This document shows, piece after piece, positions 60,915 to 64,000 of a stretch of DNA of 64,000 bases. The notes below the pieces were generated by a model. It was not told the DNA's origin. It ran no database searches and saw only the letters and a list, made by a program, of their open reading frames with translations. This DNA comes from an uncultured Acidobacteriota bacterium (GTDB lineage: Bacteria > Acidobacteriota > Thermoanaerobaculia > UBA5066 > DATFVB01): positions 576,001-640,000 of the forward strand of contig CAWEYG010000001.1 in the NCBI GenBank assembly GCA_963813155.1, given 5' to 3'. The translations under genes and the position numbers were made by a program. Within the stretch, counting starts at the first letter, position 1. Each line of letters starts with the position of its first letter.

Positions 60915-61418
60915 ATGCCCCTCACCCAGACCGAACGCGACGAGCTCATTCACCGGTACGCGACCGGCGCCGCGAAGCTCAAGGCCGCATTTGAGAAGAT
61001 CCCCGAAAAAGCCCGCCAGTGGAGGCCCGCCCCGGGCAGGTGGTCCGCCCACGAGGTCGTTTGCCACGCGGCGGACTCGGAAACGATCGCCGCCATGCGG
61101 ATTCGCTTCCTCCTTTCGGAGAAGGACCCCGTGATCCAGGGCTACGACCAGGCTCAGTGGGCGCGGGATTTCGACTATCACCGGCTTCCGGCCGGCCCCG
61201 CCCTCGCCGCCGTCGAGGCGGTTCGGGCGAACACCGCGCCGCTGCTTCGCGTCCTCTCCGAGCGCGAATGGCAGAAGGAGGGAAGGCACTCCGAATCGGG
61301 CGGCTACGCTGCCGAGGACTGGCTGCGGATCTATGCCGAGCACCTGGAAAAACACTCCCGGCAAATCGATCGCAACCTCGAAGCCTGGGCGGCCTCGGCC
61401 GACAGCCTGAAGGTATGA
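60915..61418 (+). CDS. DinB-family protein
   Basis: PAPGRWSAHEVVCHAADSE, GYDQAQW, HLEKHSRQI. Confidence 0.88.
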   Translation: MPLTQTERDELIHRYATGAAKLKAAFEKIPEKARQWRPAPGRWSAHEVVCHAADSETIAAMRIRFLLSEKDPVIQGYDQAQWARDFDYHRLPAGPALAAVEAVRANTAPLLRVLSEREWQKEGRHSESGGYAAEDWLRIYAEHLEKHSRQIDRNLEAWAASADSLKV

Positions 61419-61425
61419 TCGACAC

Positions 61426-62085
61426 GTGATCCAAGCTCTCAAGTGGTTGCTGGGGCCCTACCTTCTCGCCGTCATTTTCGCGGCATTTTTCTGGCCACAG
61501 CCGGCGAAAGGCTTCATCGGCGAATCGTCGAGGATCGTGTTCTTCCACGTTCCGATGGCCTGGGGCGCGACGATCGCGTTCGTCGTCGCGGCGATCTCCT
61601 CCATCGCGCACCTCGCCCGGAGACGCCCCGAGAGCGACGAAGCCGCGGCGTCCGCCGTCCGGCTCGGATTTCTCTATTCGATCCTCGCGACGATCACCGG
61701 ATCGATTTTCGCGGGTGTCATGTGGGGCTCGTACTGGAACTGGGACCCGCGGGAAACTTCGATCGTCATGCTGCTCTTCCTCTATGCCGCCTATCTCTTT
61801 CTTCGCGGGGCGATCTCGGACCCGGAGCGCCGGGGCGTCTTCTGCGCCGTCTACGCCCTGTTTTCCGGCTTCGTCATGCCGTTCCTCGTTTTCGTGATTC
61901 CGAGGGTCACGACCTCGCTCCACCCCCAGACGATCATCAATCCCGAGGGCAGGATCCTCATGGACACCCCCACCCGGGTGGTCTTTTTCGGGGCTCTGGC
62001 GGGGTTTACGGGGCTTTTCTTCTGGATGTGGGACGTGGACCGGCGATTGGAGAGAATGAAACGCCTTCGGGCGGCGTTAGAATGA
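61426..62085 (+). CDS. ccmC: Heme exporter CcmC
   Basis: FFHVPMAW, WGSYWNWDPRET, TSLHP. Confidence 0.92.
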   Translation: MIQALKWLLGPYLLAVIFAAFFWPQPAKGFIGESSRIVFFHVPMAWGATIAFVVAAISSIAHLARRRPESDEAAASAVRLGFLYSILATITGSIFAGVMWGSYWNWDPRETSIVMLLFLYAAYLFLRGAISDPERRGVFCAVYALFSGFVMPFLVFVIPRVTTSLHPQTIINPEGRILMDTPTRVVFFGALAGFTGLFFWMWDVDRRLERMKRLRAALE

Positions 62086-62112
62086 AGGCGAGAAGAATCG
62101 CATGAGGCTCCA

Positions 62113-62226
62113 ATGATGACGGCACTGGGTTTCGTCGCGGCGGCCAACGCCGTGATCTGGATCGGCCTGTGGATCTACCTGATGCGGCTCGACTCCCGGC
62201 TCTCGGCCGAAGAGAACCGTCACTAA
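62113..62226 (+). CDS. ccmD: CcmD-family small protein
   Basis: Manual translation MMTALGFVAAANAVIWIGLWIYLMRLDSRLSAEENRH, between ccmC and ccmE. Confidence 0.75.
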   Translation: MMTALGFVAAANAVIWIGLWIYLMRLDSRLSAEENRH

Positions 62227-62274
62227 TTCCTTTGCATCACGGGGAATGACCCCGGAATACGGGATGATACGGAC

Positions 62275-62667
62275 ATGAAAAAGGGATACATCGTCGCGGC
62301 GGTCCTCGCGGGGGCCTTTCTGGTCCTCGGAGTGACTTCGTTCAAGAAGACACTCACCCCTTACGTTTCCTTCGACGTCGCCCAGAAGACGCGAGGCTCC
62401 GTCCAGGTGATGGGATCGCTCGAAAAAGGGAGCGAGAGCTACGACGCGGACAAGCAGCAGCTGTCTTTCTCGATCCTCGACGAGCACGGGCGAAACCTCC
62501 CGGTCGTCTACCGGGGCATCAAGCCCGCGAACTTCCGCGATGCGCTCTCGATCGTGGCGATCGGCCGATACGAGTCCGGCGCCCTGCACGCCGAGAAATT
62601 GCTCGTGAAGTGCCCGTCGAAGTACCAGGGCCAGGAAACTGAACGGCAGTACGGGGTCAAGTCCTAG
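62275..62667 (+). CDS. ccmE: Heme chaperone CcmE, CxxxY variant
   Basis: VVYRGIKPANF...LLVKCPSKY. Confidence 0.92.
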   Translation: MKKGYIVAAVLAGAFLVLGVTSFKKTLTPYVSFDVAQKTRGSVQVMGSLEKGSESYDADKQQLSFSILDEHGRNLPVVYRGIKPANFRDALSIVAIGRYESGALHAEKLLVKCPSKYQGQETERQYGVKS

Positions 62668-62680
62668 TGGGGAACCGCTG

Positions 62681-64000
62681 ATGTTCTGGCCCGGTGTCGC
62701 CACGCTCTGGGGCGCCCTTCTTTCCGGCCTCGCCTCGATGTACGGATACTTCCGCGCGGACCGCGCGTCGGCAAGAGCGGCGGCGGGCGACACCGAATCG
62801 TGGCTCGGGTTCGCTCGGAGGGCGTACGCGCTGTTCGCCGGCTGCGTGGTCGCGACCGCCGCGATTCTCATGTCGCTCATCCTCAATCATCGTTTCGACG
62901 TTTCGTATGTCGCCTCGTATTCGTCCCGGGACCTTCCCCTGCACTTTCTCATCTCGTGCTTCTGGGCCGGCCAGGAGGGCTCATTCCTCCTGTGGATTTT
63001 CTGGGGATCGCTGATCGGACTCTTCGTCTGGCGCTCTGCGAAGGAAATGGAAGCGCCCGTGATGATGGTCTACCTTTCCACGTTCCTGGCCCTCGTCGCG
63101 ATCCTCTGCCGCCAGTCGCCGTTCCGGCTCCTCGCGACCGTTCCCCCGGACGGGGGCGGCCTGAATCCTCTCCTCCAGGACTACTGGATGGTGATTCACC
63201 CTCCGGTGATGTTCCTCGGGTTCGCCTCGCTGTCGGTCCCGTTCTCCTTCGCGATCGCGGCTCTCTGGAAAAAGCGATGGGACAGCTGGATCGTGCGGGC
63301 GATTCCGTGGGCTCTCCTGACCTTCCTGACGCTCGGGACCGCAATCCTGATGGGCGGCTACTGGGCGTACAAGACTCTCGGCTGGGGCGGCTACTGGGGC
63401 TGGGACCCGGTGGAGAACACTTCGCTCGTGCCCTGGCTCCTGACGGTCGCGCTCGTTCACGGGATGTTTCTCCAGCGTTCGCGCCGGAAACACCGGAAAG
63501 TCAACCTGTTCCTCGCGATTCTCGCCTACATCTGCATTCTCTACGGCACGTTCCTGACGCGGTCGGGGGTGCTGGCCGACTTTTCGGTTCACTCGTTCGT
63601 CGACCTCGGGATCACGAGCTGGCTCGTCGCCGACCTCGTCGGCTTTCTCCTCCTCGGAGTGGGACTCCTGGCCTGGCGCTGGAAGTCGATACCGGCCGAG
63701 CAGGAAGAGTCGCCCGTCCTGTCACGCAGCGTGCTGTTCATCATCGGCGTGGCGGCGCTCGTGGGGCTCGGCCTCGTGATTCTCCTGGGAACGTCCTCTC
63801 CCCTCATCACCCGCCTGTCCGGAAAGCCGTCGCAGGTCTCCAACGATTTCTACCGCCTCACGGCGACCCCCGGCGGGTTCCTGCTCGCGCTCCTTTTCGC
63901 GCTCGTCCCGTTCGTGTCGTGGAAAGGCGAAACGGCGTCCTCGCTGTGGAAGAGCGCGAGCCGCTCGCTCGCGATCGCCCTCGCGGTGGTGGTTTTCGCG
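62681..64000 (+). CDS. ccmF: Cytochrome c heme lyase CcmF (partial, runs off window end)
   Basis: WAGQEGSFLLW, GLNPLLQDYWMVIHPP, WGGYWGWDPVEN, LTRSG...SVHSF. Confidence 0.93.
   Translation, partial: MFWPGVATLWGALLSGLASMYGYFRADRASARAAAGDTESWLGFARRAYALFAGCVVATAAILMSLILNHRFDVSYVASYSSRDLPLHFLISCFWAGQEGSFLLWIFWGSLIGLFVWRSAKEMEAPVMMVYLSTFLALVAILCRQSPFRLLATVPPDGGGLNPLLQDYWMVIHPPVMFLGFASLSVPFSFAIAALWKKRWDSWIVRAIPWALLTFLTLGTAILMGGYWAYKTLGWGGYWGWDPVENTSLVPWLLTVALVHGMFLQRSRRKHRKVNLFLAILAYICILYGTFLTRSGVLADFSVHSFVDLGITSWLVADLVGFLLLGVGLLAWRWKSIPAEQEESPVLSRSVLFIIGVAALVGLGLVILLGTSSPLITRLSGKPSQVSNDFYRLTATPGGFLLALLFALVPFVSWKGETASSLWKSASRSLAIALAVVVFA

Overview
High-GC bacterial chromosome segment. Gene content and style suggest Acidobacteriota, possibly Thermoanaerobaculia-like (inference). 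Core or housekeeping content: clpS-clpA-aat; an ECF sigma/anti-sigma/DUF4097 module; secreted carbohydrate-active and beta-propeller proteins; rlmN; a YIP1 + ABC-2 exporter; a LytS/LytTR pair; moaDE; mqnE; lepB; an A1-type cytochrome c oxidase operon divergent from ccmABCDEF, whose CcmE is the CxxxY type. One accessory islet of about 5 kb (29212-34238) is bounded by a duplicated 3' end of tRNA-Glu(CTC). It has no visible integrase and carries hicBA, a small leaderless GRP-motif regulator, four co-oriented envelope-protein genes and an HTH/AT-hook protein. Non-coding signals read directly from the sequence: four identically spaced ECF-type promoters (a putative SigW-like regulon), LytTR-type repeats with a 21-bp period, a Rex/CRP-type palindrome at the oxidase promoter, two copies of a 117-bp hairpin element, two CIR/RIME-like palindromes, and many -10 hexamers 6-8 nt before start codons (leaderless genes). 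About a dozen single-base indels break ordinary genes and are most likely long-read assembly errors. All product calls come from motif recognition, not database searches.
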